Part shown: piece after piece, positions 27,850 to 39,915 of the stretch | Position numbering within the stretch: the first letter of the stretch is position 1 | Layout: each line of letters opens with the position of its first letter | Origin: Glycera tridactyla | Taxonomy: Eukaryota | Assembly (NCBI GenBank): GCA_965644265.1 | Contig: OZ286462.1 | Span: 69,812,001 to 69,876,000, forward strand | Reading direction: 5' to 3' | DNA length: 64,000 nucleotides | Translations under genes and position numbers: made by a program | Notes under the pieces: model-generated | Seen by the model: only the letters and a program-made list of their open reading frames with translations | What the model was told of the DNA's origin: nothing | The model's database searches: none

Positions 27850-28233
27850 GTCAAGGAGACAGGGTGCGCGTGCGAGTGTGTGAGAGAGACACTGAGAGAG
27901 AGACGGATTGAGAGAGCGAGAGAGGCTATGCCGCTGGAGGGAGCAAGAGAATGAGGAGCACAAGGAGGAGCAGGCGCATGCACAGGGCCCTGCCAGCCAT
28001 CGACTCTTGTAGCCGGGACCCGTTCCAACACCGCTCCGACAACACGGAGAGAGAGCCAGCAACCCAAACATGACAATGGCCGAGCGTTACTGACACAAAC
28101 CACAAGCGACACCAACTCAAACCATCATCACCACCGACGACAACTCATACCTATCTCACCGGTCGTAATGCATTAGAACACACGTCTGTTCTGATTTCAT
28201 TCTCCTTCTTCAGGCTTCTAAAACGGAGACAAG
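27850..28233 (+). promoter_or_regulatory. Putative promoter / 5' UTR region of the GRIA-like gene
   Basis: GC- and GA-repeat-rich block just upstream of the ATG, including GCGCATGC. An acceptor-like TCTCCTTCTTCAG at 28201-28213 suggests a 5' UTR intron. Inferred from position only. Confidence 0.35.
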
Positions 28234-28339
28234 ATGCTTTCAAGGATGCTCGCGTCTACGGCCCTCGTCCTTATCATGCTTGTCACATGCGAGAAGACAT
28301 TCGGACAAGCCGACAAGGCCGAGAAACGGATCCCAATAT
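28234..28339 (+). CDS. GRIA: AMPA-type glutamate receptor, coding exon 1 (signal peptide)
   Basis: ATG at 28234 gives MLSRMLASTALVLIMLVTCEKTFGQADKAEKRIPI (hydrophobic signal-like stretch); ends T|GTGAGT (phase 1); joins exon 2 in frame. Confidence 0.85.
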
Positions 28340-30639
28340 GTGAGTACACCATGGTTTCTCTAGTATTTCTATTACTTATAATTTATATAGCTTCATGAAG
28401 AGATGAATATCGGAGTTGAATAGTGTTTCAAACACAGGGAGATCTTGCAAGTCGGAGCGGGGTCAACAGCCATCGACTAATGCGATATATATCCATTAAG
28501 ACGGGTGCATATTAAAAATGGATGTTTTATTAAGAAAAACTGCGTTTATATCCTCCAACGTTGTATGACCTCCTCAAACTACTCAAGTCCCGCTTCCGTT
28601 CGTCCATATATGTCGATTATGCTTGTCATGTCCTTTCCTGATACCACCCTACACCCTTTCTAAACGTACAATCCACATATTCCGACCAGATATTGACCAC
28701 CACAGCTACTCGTTTCAACATGATAAAGAGAGAATTTCTTATCAGTTTGAAATATCTGCAGCATCTGGATTTTTTTCGGCTACATTTTCGAATATGTTTT
28801 GAGAAAGAGCTGTGCTTTTTAGACAACCAGAATGCTCCACCCACACAAAACCCCGATCACTGCGAATGCTTGATATCGATAGTACAACTATGCAATTGCT
28901 AATTTTAAGACTGTACCGAGTTTCATAGCATATGTGTTGGAGTTAGGAGAGGTTCCACAGACATAGTATTGATGTCTGGTGTTTCCCAAAATGTTAAATG
29001 GAGGGGTCTGACCGTGTATGGCTAACGGTGGAGCTGTAGACATATCAATGCAGGCACTAACGGTGGGCGGAATGTCGGCGTGACACCTAGTGGCGATTTG
29101 GTTTATTACGCAGGCACTGTAAGGCCGCCCGTGCCGGGTTCTAAAGCAGGCGGGCTGAGGTAGTACTGGTCTGCTGCGCAGGCAAACTCGGCGCCTCACA
29201 CAGCGGTCATTTGAAGGTGAAATCTGTACGCCCACCCACCCATTCTATTTTGGGCCTTCCTTTCCATGAGTGATATGACAGGGTGGTGATGTCATGAACC
29301 CTTCTGTTTCGTTCCAATCATTTATCTGGGCAAACCATAGATTTAGTTGTCCAGTGGTCGTATTTTCTCCTTTTGCATTTTATCCACATTGGTAAAGACA
29401 AGAGGGCATGATCTCTGAATGGATGCAGATACTTATATTTAGAACTCGATTATGATATATCAAGCTTTTGAATAATTGTGCAGTCTCAAAGGGCGTACTG
29501 GCTTGATGAAACTTCTATTCAGATAAGTAATGGTATTTGTACATGTAGTGGAATGATCGGTTGCCCCACCCGAATTTGGAAGTAAGTAATTTGTCTGATT
29601 GACATACCACCTACGCCACCATATTTAGCTGATATACCTGACATAGTGATAAGACTTCTTGAGATATGTTTGGATGTGTGAAAAAGTGTGAAATTACAGC
29701 TTTGCAGTGAGATATATATATTTTACCTTGCGACTAATCTGTGAACTGAATAGATCTTCATCTGAATAAGGACCGGATTTCATCCTGATCTGGGTGATAG
29801 AGAAGAGTTAATTTCAAGAAATCTACACGTGAGCNNNNNNNNNNNNNNNNNNNNNNNNNNNNNNNNNNNNNNNNNNNNNNNNNNNNNNNNNNNNNNNNNN
29901 NNNNNNNNNNNNNNNNNNNNNNNNNNNNNNNNNNNNNNNNNNNNNNNNNNNNNNNNNNNNNNNNNNNNNNNNNNNNNNNNNNNNNNNNNNNNNNNNNNNN
30001 NNNNNNNNNNNNNNNNNNNNNNNNNNNNNNNNNNNNNNNNNNNNNNNNNNNNNNNNNNNNNNNNNNNNNNNNNNNNNNNNNNNNNNNNNNNNNNNNNNNN
30101 NNNNNNNNNNNNNNNNNNNNNNNNNNNNNNNNNNNNNNNNNNNAAAATAGGGTTGGTTGTATCTTACATCAATCTTGTAATCTTCGAAAAGGGAATAACC
30201 ATCAGGATGTAACATTACAGTAGATGCTGTTCAAAACACAAACCCCAAACTCCCTGGCATCCCATCGATGCAATGACCAGCAAATTTGTTCCATTATTCA
30301 CATGGTGTCCATATAATTGGCTTAATGCTGCTGATCCATGAAACCTGAGGGTGCATGACCAGTTTGATAAGTATAATACTTCTTGATTGAAGTTTGGACA
30401 CAGATATTATTATCTGGGCTTTGAATGATGTGAACTGCGATCTTGCCATGACATAAGGCTTCATCGCACCAGCCATGGATTTGGACATCTCGGACAAAAA
30501 TAGCTCATTATGCAACCATCATGTCATCATATGAGATCGACTGCAAGAATTTCCATAATATGCGGGACTGCGCACTGTGTATTGTTCATTGGGAAGAAAA
30601 ACCGCAGGCATATGTCAATGAGATCCATGACAGACAGAT

Positions 30640-31520
30640 CAAATCTGGAATAAGTCATGATTGCAGGTGTATCAATCACTTTCTGGCTTATCAAACCTGG
30701 AATAAGTCGTGATTGCAGGTGTATCAATCACTTTCTGATTTATCAAACCTGGAATAAGTCGTGATTGCAGGTGTATCAATTACTTTCCGGTTTATCAAAC
30801 CTGGAATACGTCATGATTGCAGTTGTATCAATCACTTTCTGGTTTATCAAACCTGGAATAAGTCGTGATCTCAGGTGTATCAATCACTTTCTGGTTTATC
30901 AAACCTGGGATAAGTCGTGATCTCAGGTGTATCAATCACTTTCTGGTTTATCAAACCTGGAATAAGTCGTGATCTCAGGTGTATCAATCACTTTCTGATT
31001 TATCAAACCTGGAATAAGTCATGATTACAGGTGTATCAATTACTTTCTGATTTATCAAACCTGGAATAAGTCATGATTGCAGGTGCATCAATCACTTTCT
31101 GGTTTATCAAACCTGGAATAAGTCGTGATCTCAGGTGTATCAATCACTTTCTGGTTTATCAAACCTGGAATAAGTCATGATTGCAGTTGTATCAATCACT
31201 TTCTGATTTATCAAACCTGGAATAAGTCATGATTGCAGGTGTATCAATCACTTTCTGATTTATCAAACCTGGAATAAGTCATGATTGCAGTTGTATCAAT
31301 CACTTTCTGATTTATCAAACCTGGGATAAGTCGTGATCTCAGGTGTATCAATCACTTTCTGGTTTATCAAACCTGGAATAAGTCATGATTACAGGTGTAT
31401 CAATCACTTTTCGGTTTATCAAACTTGGAATAAATCATGATTTGCAGGTGTATCAATCACTTCCTGGTTTATCAAACCTGGAATAAGTCGCGAGTGTAGG
31501 TGAATCAATCACTTTCTGCT
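30640..31520. repeat. 52-bp minisatellite, about 17 copies, in intron 1
   Basis: TCAAACCTGGAATAAGTC(A/G)TGATTGCAGGTGTATCAATCACTTTCTG(A/G)TTTA at 30691, 30743 and onward. Confidence 0.95.
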
Positions 31521-34236
31521 TATTGTCTCTATCTATATATGTATAGCCATGATTTCATTCACATTGGATATCACCCCAGACAGGGCCATTAACTGAGATA
31601 TGACTGGTTCTACTCCATTTCCATGGGTTCTCGCTTCTACACAATATAAAAACCACGTGTGGACAATTTTGGTTTGGGGTAACCTCGACTTTGTGGAGGT
31701 AGCGCCCTCCGTGAGTATCAGAGTCATATTTCATTTATTGGCTATGTCATGGGATACCACGAGACCCTAATCATATTAGAGGACTATTTGACTGAGCAGT
31801 GACTCTATTATTCGGTCATCGGCACGAAAGCGACATTTTATTTCAAGCCTTCCAATATTCATTGCATAACCTTTGACAGATCTTAGACAGGCATACACGT
31901 GTGTGCACCTTCATTAGTTCGCGTGTGCGAGCGTTTGTGCGTGCACGTGTAGGCGCGAGAGGAGAGGGTAAAGGTCAGATGGAGATGATAGCTGATGTGT
32001 GAGGGAGGATGGACGGATGGATTTACAATGATAGATCTATTCGCCTGCCTAATACCTCTGATTACCTGCCAATCTGCCTGCCGATATGCCTGTCCCTGCA
32101 ATAATCCTAGTGGATCTCCCCTACGACAACTAGCACAATTTTGTACACAAAATGACCTACTTGATGAGTACCAATACAAGTCTATGTTATTCGAATTGTT
32201 CGGAATTGTAATCCTCCTCATTTTATCGCATTGGTTTAGCAAGACATCTAGGAATCTAAGAGCTCATGATGTAGCTGACCGACACATACTTTTCTAGACT
32301 CAGTTTGCTTGAAGACTGAAATTAATTGCCCACTGAAGTAGCAAACCAATGAACATAATTATTGTTCAACTCATAGTTTGATTGGAAATTGAAATTGATT
32401 TTTCACATTGCTTAGCAACCGATATAATTCTCGCCCAACTCAAAAGTGTTGATAGAAATCGAAGCTATTTCCTTTTTGGTGCAGCTGAGCAACTCAAAGT
32501 TTGCCCGCAAATCGAAGCAAACTACATCTTGACGTAGCTGATCAACTCATATAATGTTCACCCAACTGAGTTTGTCTAGAAATTGAAGCATCTCACTCAT
32601 TGATGAGGCGAACCGACTCCTGATTCTTGCCATGGTGGAGGTATGTTGGTAGAATTGTCATTTGCATGAGTTCACCCTTAGTACGTCACAGAGAGCACTC
32701 AAAATTGGATGTTTTCTTGCTGGTATACAGTAGGGAAAGTTTCCGGTAGGATTGCTCAATTCTTCAGCTTTTTCATGAAGAGAAATCGAAAAGTACCAAA
32801 AAAAATAAGAATAGAAAAAACATTTCCTCGGGTTAATTCCCAATGACTGTCTATACGAGATTTTTGAACCGGTCATAACTTCAGTCTCTGATAATCCTAC
32901 TCAGGTTGAAAAGACGTTAATTCCAACTCAATCAATCAATCGCTGGAATCCACAGCTGCCCAGGATGCATGATCTATCTTGATTGCATGACAGCGGAAGT
33001 ACCGTTGCACGAGGCAGCTCCTGTGAGAAGCGCCATCTCGTGTTTTCTCATATCATGACTTTTGCGCGGTTTAACATCGTGTATTCCAAATAGTGAAACC
33101 CACCAGCCCCCCCCCCCCCCCCTTCCCCTCCTAACTGACAGGCACTACCGTCACATGACAGATCCGGAAATTACATCACAGGAAGGTGTCAGCCAACAAG
33201 TCGCGAGATATTTCCAGCCAGTGCAATTTTTATGTGGGCTTTTTCAACGTGACATCTCTCTTGATAGGTGGCGCTATGACGCAGAAATCCATATGGATCA
33301 CATATATGCATAATTTATTACCATGTTAATGGATGTTAGGCTGGATCGCGTGAGATATGACGAAGGCAGGTTATTTATATACATGTCAAGAGGTGCAATG
33401 ATGTCGTGGTTACAATCTCTCAGGAACAATGCGGAGATAGCGAATATCAAGAGGGCCTTGTGGGAAATCTCCTACGAAATTTGATATTAGCTGGAATAGA
33501 TGTGTTGGTACCACACTGCTGTTATCGATATTATGCTCTTTGCCATCTGACTTATGGCCTGTATTTTTGCCATACATAGTACAGGCCGAATTCGTCCAAC
33601 AAAAATTATCGTAAACTTGACAAGCAAATAATCAGATTGTTATACGAAAATGATGCAATGCAATGTATTTTTCTCAGAGTGAGATCGCTGATGGCTTCAT
33701 TCTGGCATGATATCACATTATGATTTCCCTAAACATGCACAGGATATCCATTTATATGATGATATTGCCTAATACATGCGCCAACCATGCAACGGATGTT
33801 TCTGTTCTCTGACCTCAGCTGAACCTTGTTCAGATCTTCTGGCTGGCTGTGCATGTGGCTGACCTGTTCCCACTTCAACCACCACAACCAGAANNNNNNN
33901 NNNNNNNNNNNNNNNNNNNNNNNNNNNNNNNNNNNNNNNNNNNNNNNNNNNNNNNNNNNNNNNNNNNNNNNNNNNNNNNNNNNNNNNNNNNNNNNNNNNN
34001 NNNNNNNNNNNNNNNNNNNNNNAACTCACAAATATTCCCAAAGTGAGCTATGTAGTCTCGAATCGATCTGGAACGTTCAGGCCACTTGGACAAATGTGAC
34101 ATTCGTACCCGAAATAATGACTTCAACTCATTACATTTAAAGCGATAAGTTTCAGGGGTCACCGGGACCAGTTAGTGTTCAACCATTTAGTTCTAATTAG
34201 TTCCATTCTCATCCATGTTGTTTTCCTTTGTTTCAG

Positions 34237-34386
34237 CATCAATTTTTGACCTGAGTTCGACACAATCCCGAGCAGCTTGGAGTTATGAGTTGTTGAACAT
34301 CAACTCCAACACGGAAACCAAGCTCAAGTTGGATGATCATTCACAGAAAATCTCTGTCAATGACAGTTTCCAGCTTGCTACTACAA
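34237..34386 (+). CDS. GRIA: GRIA-like exon 2 (ATD start)
   Basis: TTTCAG acceptor, GTGAGT donor, 150 nt, phase 1/1; SIFDLSSTQSRAAWSYELLNINSNTETKLKLDDHSQKISVNDSFQLATT, matching the iGluR ATD '...DSF...' region. Confidence 0.88.
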
Positions 34387-34938
34387 GTGAGTAAAACATT
34401 ATGTGGGTGAGCTGACGATGCAGACAAACAGACGGACAGGCAGACAGACAGCCTTTTTCCAATGAGAAGATCCTCGATCAGACGTTCGAATGGGCCATCG
34501 CCGAGTCGAACTTTTGCGCCCTCTCTGATATCAACTGAGTAACGCTAGTTCCGCTTTTGCACGTTAGTTGACGCTGCACGTACGCGCCCATGCCTGTCAC
34601 TTTCCTCCCCGGGTCCCTGCGCCGCCGCTTGGGGCGGGTTGGACGCAAGAAAACAGGCGAAGTCACTTTCTGAACAAATGAGTGACACTGCGCTCTTTCG
34701 CAGTGCTGAGCATCCTCTACCGTCGTCACAACGTTTGACTGTTTATTCATTCGACAGTGTATTTCATCTCCTTCAATTTTACTCGAATTTCGATGTAGCT
34801 GATTACATTGAGAGACAAGTGAGGCTCAAAACGTAGGAAAATTACTTAACATTGTCCTGAAAAAGCGTTCCTAAAAGTCGCCTCCATTATTATGAATCGT
34901 ATAGATTGGTGCATCTTTGTATCCTTTTTGGTTTGCAG

Positions 34939-35187
34939 TGTGTTCGTTGATGGCGGGAGGAACATTCGCCATGTTTGGTATACATAGTATGCGGACTTTA
35001 AACACGGTGAAATCATTCACGAACGCCTTCCACATGCCGTATGTGACTCCCAGTATGGCTGTTAACATGACAGGTCAGAATCTGGGCTACATGATCTTCA
35101 TGCGACCCATGTATACCAAGGCCATCACAGATGTCATCAAACATTACAAGTGGAAGAAGATCTACTACCTCTATGATACGGAAGAGG
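34939..35187 (+). CDS. GRIA: GRIA-like exon 3 (ATD)
   Basis: TTGCAG acceptor, G|GTAAGT donor, 249 nt; CSLMAGGTFAMFG...SFTNAFHMPYVTP...MRPMYTKAITDVIKHYKWKKIYYLYDTEEG, typical of the AMPA-receptor ATD. Confidence 0.93.
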
Positions 35188-35210
35188 GTAAGTGCGGTGA
35201 AATGATGCTA

Positions 35211-35388
35211 CAGTCGAACCTGCCCATAAAGACCACCTTCATTTGCATCAAAAAGTGGTCTTTGTAGGCATGTGGTGTTTATAGAGGAGTCATTCACTGT
35301 TGAAAATACCATCATGATTGCAACTCAGGGTGGTCTTTATAGGCAGGTGGTCTTCATAGAGAGGTCGCCCATGGAGCAGGTTCGACTG
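35211..35388. mobile_element. MITE family 1 copy in intron 3
   Basis: TA|CAGTCGAACCTGC ... GCAGGTTCGACTG|TA, 178 bp. Confidence 0.88.
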
Positions 35389-36161
35389 TATTTGATAGGA
35401 AAATGCGCTATTAGCTTGCCGGTTGACTGATCGGATGAGTGGTTGTTTTTTTTTTTATTGATTAATGGGTTGGTTAGCTGTTTGCTTTGGTAATCGATAG
35501 CTGGCTGGTTTGTTGTCTTCTAATATTACGCAAGACCATGCAATGGGCATGGGTGGGATCATTCCGGACTCCTAAAGATGATCCCTGGAGGAAGGTGAAT
35601 TATTAAGAAATTCACAAACACTCAGAGTGCTATCTTCATGGAGTGAATGTTCGAACAAAAATGGCTGACTAGCTGGCTGGTTTACTGACTGGCATTGGAA
35701 GTTGGCTGGCTGTTTGAATGCTTGTCTGTTCGATTGAATGGTTAGTCATTCGACCAGCGGTTTGATTGATTGTCTACTTCATATGTGGATTGCTTGATTG
35801 ATTGACTTACTGATTGATTGATTGACTCACCGCTTGATCGACTAATTGCATGGATGGTCGATTTTGAATGATTGTTTCAATGATTGATCGGTTGACTGAC
35901 CAAAGGACCTTTTTTTTCTTTATTTCGTTATATTAGATTTGGCCCAATCCGTCGTGTGGAGAAAAATCCACCATGGGCTCAATAAACACTGTAGCTATTT
36001 CACAAGTTTGAACGATGTTTTTTATACCCTATCTAATGATAAACGCCTATTGTTACCGGATTAACAATATTCGGGACTTACTGAGCTCTTACTTTTCACA
36101 ACACGATATTTTAATTGTGAGACGGAATCAAATGCTTACATTGCATTTTCCCGGCCTACAG

Positions 36162-36358
36162 GAATGATTCGCCTGCAACAACTGTTTGACTACATGTTAC
36201 TGGAAGACATGGATATCAGAGTGAGTGTATTCCGGGTCAACGGTGCTGATGATGCCTATGAGACACTAATGCAGTTGGATCGGGATTTTGAAGATGGAGA
36301 TAAAAGGGTCATCCTGGATCTGCCAAATAGTGTCAACGAACAGCTGCTGAAAAGTCAG
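36162..36358 (+). CDS. GRIA: GRIA-like exon 4 (ATD)
   Basis: TACAG acceptor, CAG|GTATGT donor; GMIRLQQLFDY...DKRVILDLPNSVNEQLLKSQ; phase 1 to 0. Confidence 0.92.
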
Positions 36359-36982
36359 GTATGTATATCAATGATAATGAATATGATTATTGCTAGATCT
36401 TTTTGGAAAAATATGGTCAGTGTGAAGATTCCTTCCAATGTATCGATACCACTGTAGGGTGGATATCATGCTAATGAAAAGATACCATGTTTTTCCATTC
36501 ACTGAATTATTCTTCTAATTCACTGTCCCTGATATCGACTGAAAATTTGCCTTTTCCTTGATAAACGAAACAGTATTCAACATCAACTCTTAACTGATAT
36601 ATTCAATAATTCTCTTCTCATCTAGTAATATGCCCTTCGCATCATATGATTTTTGTCGGAAATATGAATAGGTCATTCAGGTCTAGGGCAAGACAATCAT
36701 GAATGATATTTTGAGTATCATCATGTTCGTTTCTTACAATTCAGTGTGGTTATCATGGAGGCAATATATATATATATTACAATCATACCATAGCAACACG
36801 CACTACACCTCGTGTATTGTCTTCTAATTATCTACTTGAAATGACCACACTAGTTGGTCATGAACAGGGTGATTGGTTGGTGGATTCATGCGAATGTTTC
36901 TTTCCGTCTCTATTTTTGACTTAATCAGATTTTCATCTTTTTTTTTTTTTGATAGAATTCTCTCTGACCTCATTTTTTTCAG

Positions 36983-37030
36983 CAAACGGACACACGTCGT
37001 GTCAGGTTCCATTACGTGATAGCGGGGCTG
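36983..37030 (+). CDS. GRIA: GRIA-like exon 5 (48-nt small exon, ATD)
   Basis: T-rich TTTCAG acceptor, GTGAGT donor; QTDTRRVRFHYVIAGL, homologous to the GluA 'YHYI.ANL' motif. Confidence 0.85.
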
Positions 37031-37272
37031 GTGAGTAGAAATACCATTAAATGAGATTCCCTGGGACATGTTAACATCATGACCTACGATATGCCATATG
37101 AAATATCTAGAAAATAGACATCAATAGGCGCTCAGACCCTTCTCATTCTCACAATATTCATGAAATTTCAGCTTCGGAGAGGCATATAAGATTCGAGATA
37201 TTCCATGAATTGGCATAGTTTTCATGATCAGATGTATCCATCTCTTCCACCTGGCAACTGGAATGAATGGTA

Positions 37273-37467
37273 CGGACTATCCACTTTACCTAGACAGTCC
37301 TCTGAAGACAACTTCTCTATATAGATGACCTCTCTATAAAGACCACCTTGGGTTGCAACCGTGGTAGTATTTTCAACAGTAGATGACCTATCTATAAAGA
37401 CCACTTACTAATAAAGGCCACTGTTTCTCACGCGACCGAAGGCGGTCTTTATAGAGAGGCTAGACCG
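37273..37467. mobile_element. Diverged MITE family 1 copy in intron 5
   Basis: TA|CGGACTATCC ... GGCTAGACCG|TA imperfect TIRs; internal TATAAAGACCAC repeats and the GCGACCGAAGGCGGTCTTTATAG motif shared with 12772. Confidence 0.72.
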
Positions 37468-37939
37468 TACTTGACGCTACTGGTGCCATCCTGGGGTGTG
37501 ATTATAGTAAGAAATACCGGCGGGGTGTGATCGGCTTGTTTTTCCCACCTTGGTGCGACGACTGCCGCCGGGAATCCCGAGGCCGCCCTATCACACCCTC
37601 AAAATGACATTGGTCGTGAGAGAACATAAGAGTATTTCCTACAGTGAACAACCTCTCTAGAAAGACCGCCTCGCTACAGATGCCATGTTTTATGGTACCA
37701 CGGGTGGTCATTGTAGATAAGTCTGACGGTGGATGCTGGGAGTATATGCTAGTCCCAGGTGGATGACAAGTGAGAAGTGTCGGGGGGGGGGGGGGGGGTG
37801 CAATTTGCCCCATCGTGTACGCTTCACTGGTCACAGACAATGCACGCACGGACCTTGTACCTCGAATGGGGTCAGCCTTACGACTCACGCCGACCGCACT
37901 ACCTCTTCAGAAGTTCATATTCACATGTTTGACTTGTAG

Positions 37940-38101
37940 GGTGTGAGTGAGCTCACTCTGGGTGCGTACGAACACGGCGGTATCAACATGACCGGTTACC
38001 AGCTTGTAGATTTTGACAAAGAATTGGCAAAGACATTTTTTGAACTTTGGTCTCGAATGGATCCAGCAAGTTATGAAGGTGCCGGAGGCCGCAAGATCTC
38101 G
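37940..38101 (+). CDS. GRIA: GRIA-like exon 6 (ATD)
   Basis: TTGTAG acceptor, GTAAGA donor, 162 nt; GVSELTLGAYEHGGINMTGYQLVDFD...WSRMDPASYEGAGGRKIS. Confidence 0.92.
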
Positions 38102-38719
38102 GTAAGATAGAAATGTAACTTAGTGAATGAATGTATGATGTATTTTATGAATGTATGATTATCATATGATATTGAAAGTGCTATGAAAGTTTTATCACAT
38201 GTTTATATTCTATGTACCACCATATTTGTAAAGTGATCCCGATTTCATCACGGCTTCAAAAGTTCCTCGCATATTCTCCATTTTCCTATATTCGATATTG
38301 TGTTACCAGTCTTCACGAAAAATGTCCAGCCACTCTCCCATTGGAAGAGCCGATTGAAAAAAACAGACTCTCGAAAATAAGTTCAGTCTCCCGAACTTGT
38401 GGAAGTTCAAATAGGAACACGACTGAAACGGGCAATTTCGAGAGCAAGATATTTGTTTGATCGAACATCTAATGGAGATGTGAATCCCATCTTATCTCTG
38501 TCTCCTGAGTGACTGCCCTGTCCCACACACCCATTTTTTCTGAAGTTTGTTCTTCAGTGAACTATGTACACATGTATATGCAATAAGGTTTTGCTGTTGG
38601 AGAAATCAAAATTGAAGTGTTCTCTTTTCTCAGTAAATCCACTTTCTCATCAACTGGGAAATTCTGACTCTCCAATTACGATAGTGCGTGATGAAATAAC
38701 TTGTTTGTCAACTAATTTC

Positions 38720-38950
38720 TATTATCCAACATGGGATTCAATGGCTTTGGTCCGAATTCATCCATGGTATTATAGTATACTTCTTCGACTAGTGTACTCG
38801 AATATGTCGAGACAAAAGTTGCAATACCAGGAAGAAAGGAATATGTGTGTATTATGTGTGCAGTGGGATATTTACTGGTGGATGCTATTGTAGATAACAC
38901 AATCTCTTTCAGTATGAAGCCGCTTTAGCAGTGGATGGTATTCGAACGTT
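38720..38950 (+). pseudogene. Diverged tandem duplicate of the intron end, acceptor and first ~12 codons of exon 7
   Basis: 38720-38950 aligns with ~38985-39210. TTTCAG|TATGAAGCCGCTTTAGCAGTGGATGGTATTCGA (YEAALAVDGIR) at 38913 versus TTGCAG|TATGAAGCGGCATTAGCAGTGGATAGTATTCGT at 39171. Confidence 0.8.
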
Positions 38951-39170
38951 CATTCAAAGAATATTTTGTCACACTATTTTCCATTATATTACATGGGAAT
39001 CAAAGACATTAGGTTCATTCATGGTATGATCGTATACTTCCTCGAAAAGTGTACTCGAATATTTGAACACCAAAATCCCAATCATTGGATGTAATGAATA
39101 TATATGTATTATGTGTGTGGTTGAATCTCTATTAGTGAGTGCAATGTATGATACCTGGTGATTTTTGCAG

Positions 39171-39371
39171 TATGAAGCGGCATTAGCAGTGGATAGTATT
39201 CGTATGATTGAGAATGTCATGCACAAGCTTGGGGGTACACGAGGGAAAGTATTCCGGGAGGTGTTGAAGAATGGCAAGTTCTACAATAATAATACGGAAG
39301 GCATCGACTGTGACAGCGAACCTGTCAATCCCTGGAAATATGGACAAGAAATCATGAAGATCATGAAAAAT
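39171..39371 (+). CDS. GRIA: GRIA-like exon 7 (ATD)
   Basis: TTGCAG acceptor, GTAAGT donor, 201 nt; YEAALAVDSIRMIE...IDCDSEPVNPWKYGQEIMKIMKN. Confidence 0.93.
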
Positions 39372-39915
39372 GTAAGTATTGCAGTAAAATAAACGTGGCC
39401 ACATTTTCAAGATTCATAGATTGTTACGAATGCAGAAATGTCCAGATGATTCATTTTCCTAGATGGATGATTTCGTTGGTGTTTTTCACACATTTATTGA
39501 TTTTGGAAATTTATCTGATCTGTGANNNNNNNNNNNNNNNNNNNNNNNNNNNNNNNNNNNNNNNNNNNNNNNNNNNNNNNNNNNNNNNNNNNNNNNNNNN
39601 NNNNNNNNNNNNNNNNNNNNNNNNNNNNNNNNNNNNNNNNNNNNNNNNNNNNNNNNNNNNNNNNNNNNNNNNNNNNNNNNNNNNNNNNNNNNNNNNNNNN
39701 NNNNNNNNNNNNNNNNNNNNNNNNNNNNNNNNNNNNNNNNNNNNNNNNNNNNNNNNNNNNNNNNNNNNNNNNNNNNNNNNNNNNNNNNNNNNNNNNNNNN
39801 NNNNNNNNNNNNNNNNNNNNNNNNNNNNNNNNNNNNNNNNNNNNNNNNNNNNNNNNNNNNNNNNNNNNNNNNNNNNNNNNNNNNNNNNNNNNNNNNNNNN
39901 NNNNNNNNNNNNNNN

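Noticed and set aside
29156-29165. TGAGGTAGTA, identical to the first 10 nt of let-7
   Set aside because: The match stops at 10 nt and the flanks do not form a pre-miRNA hairpin with this sequence on one arm.
30640-31520. CRISPR-like appearance of the 52-, 71- and 82-bp arrays
   Set aside because: Units are head-to-tail without unique spacers, there are no cas genes, and the context is eukaryotic.
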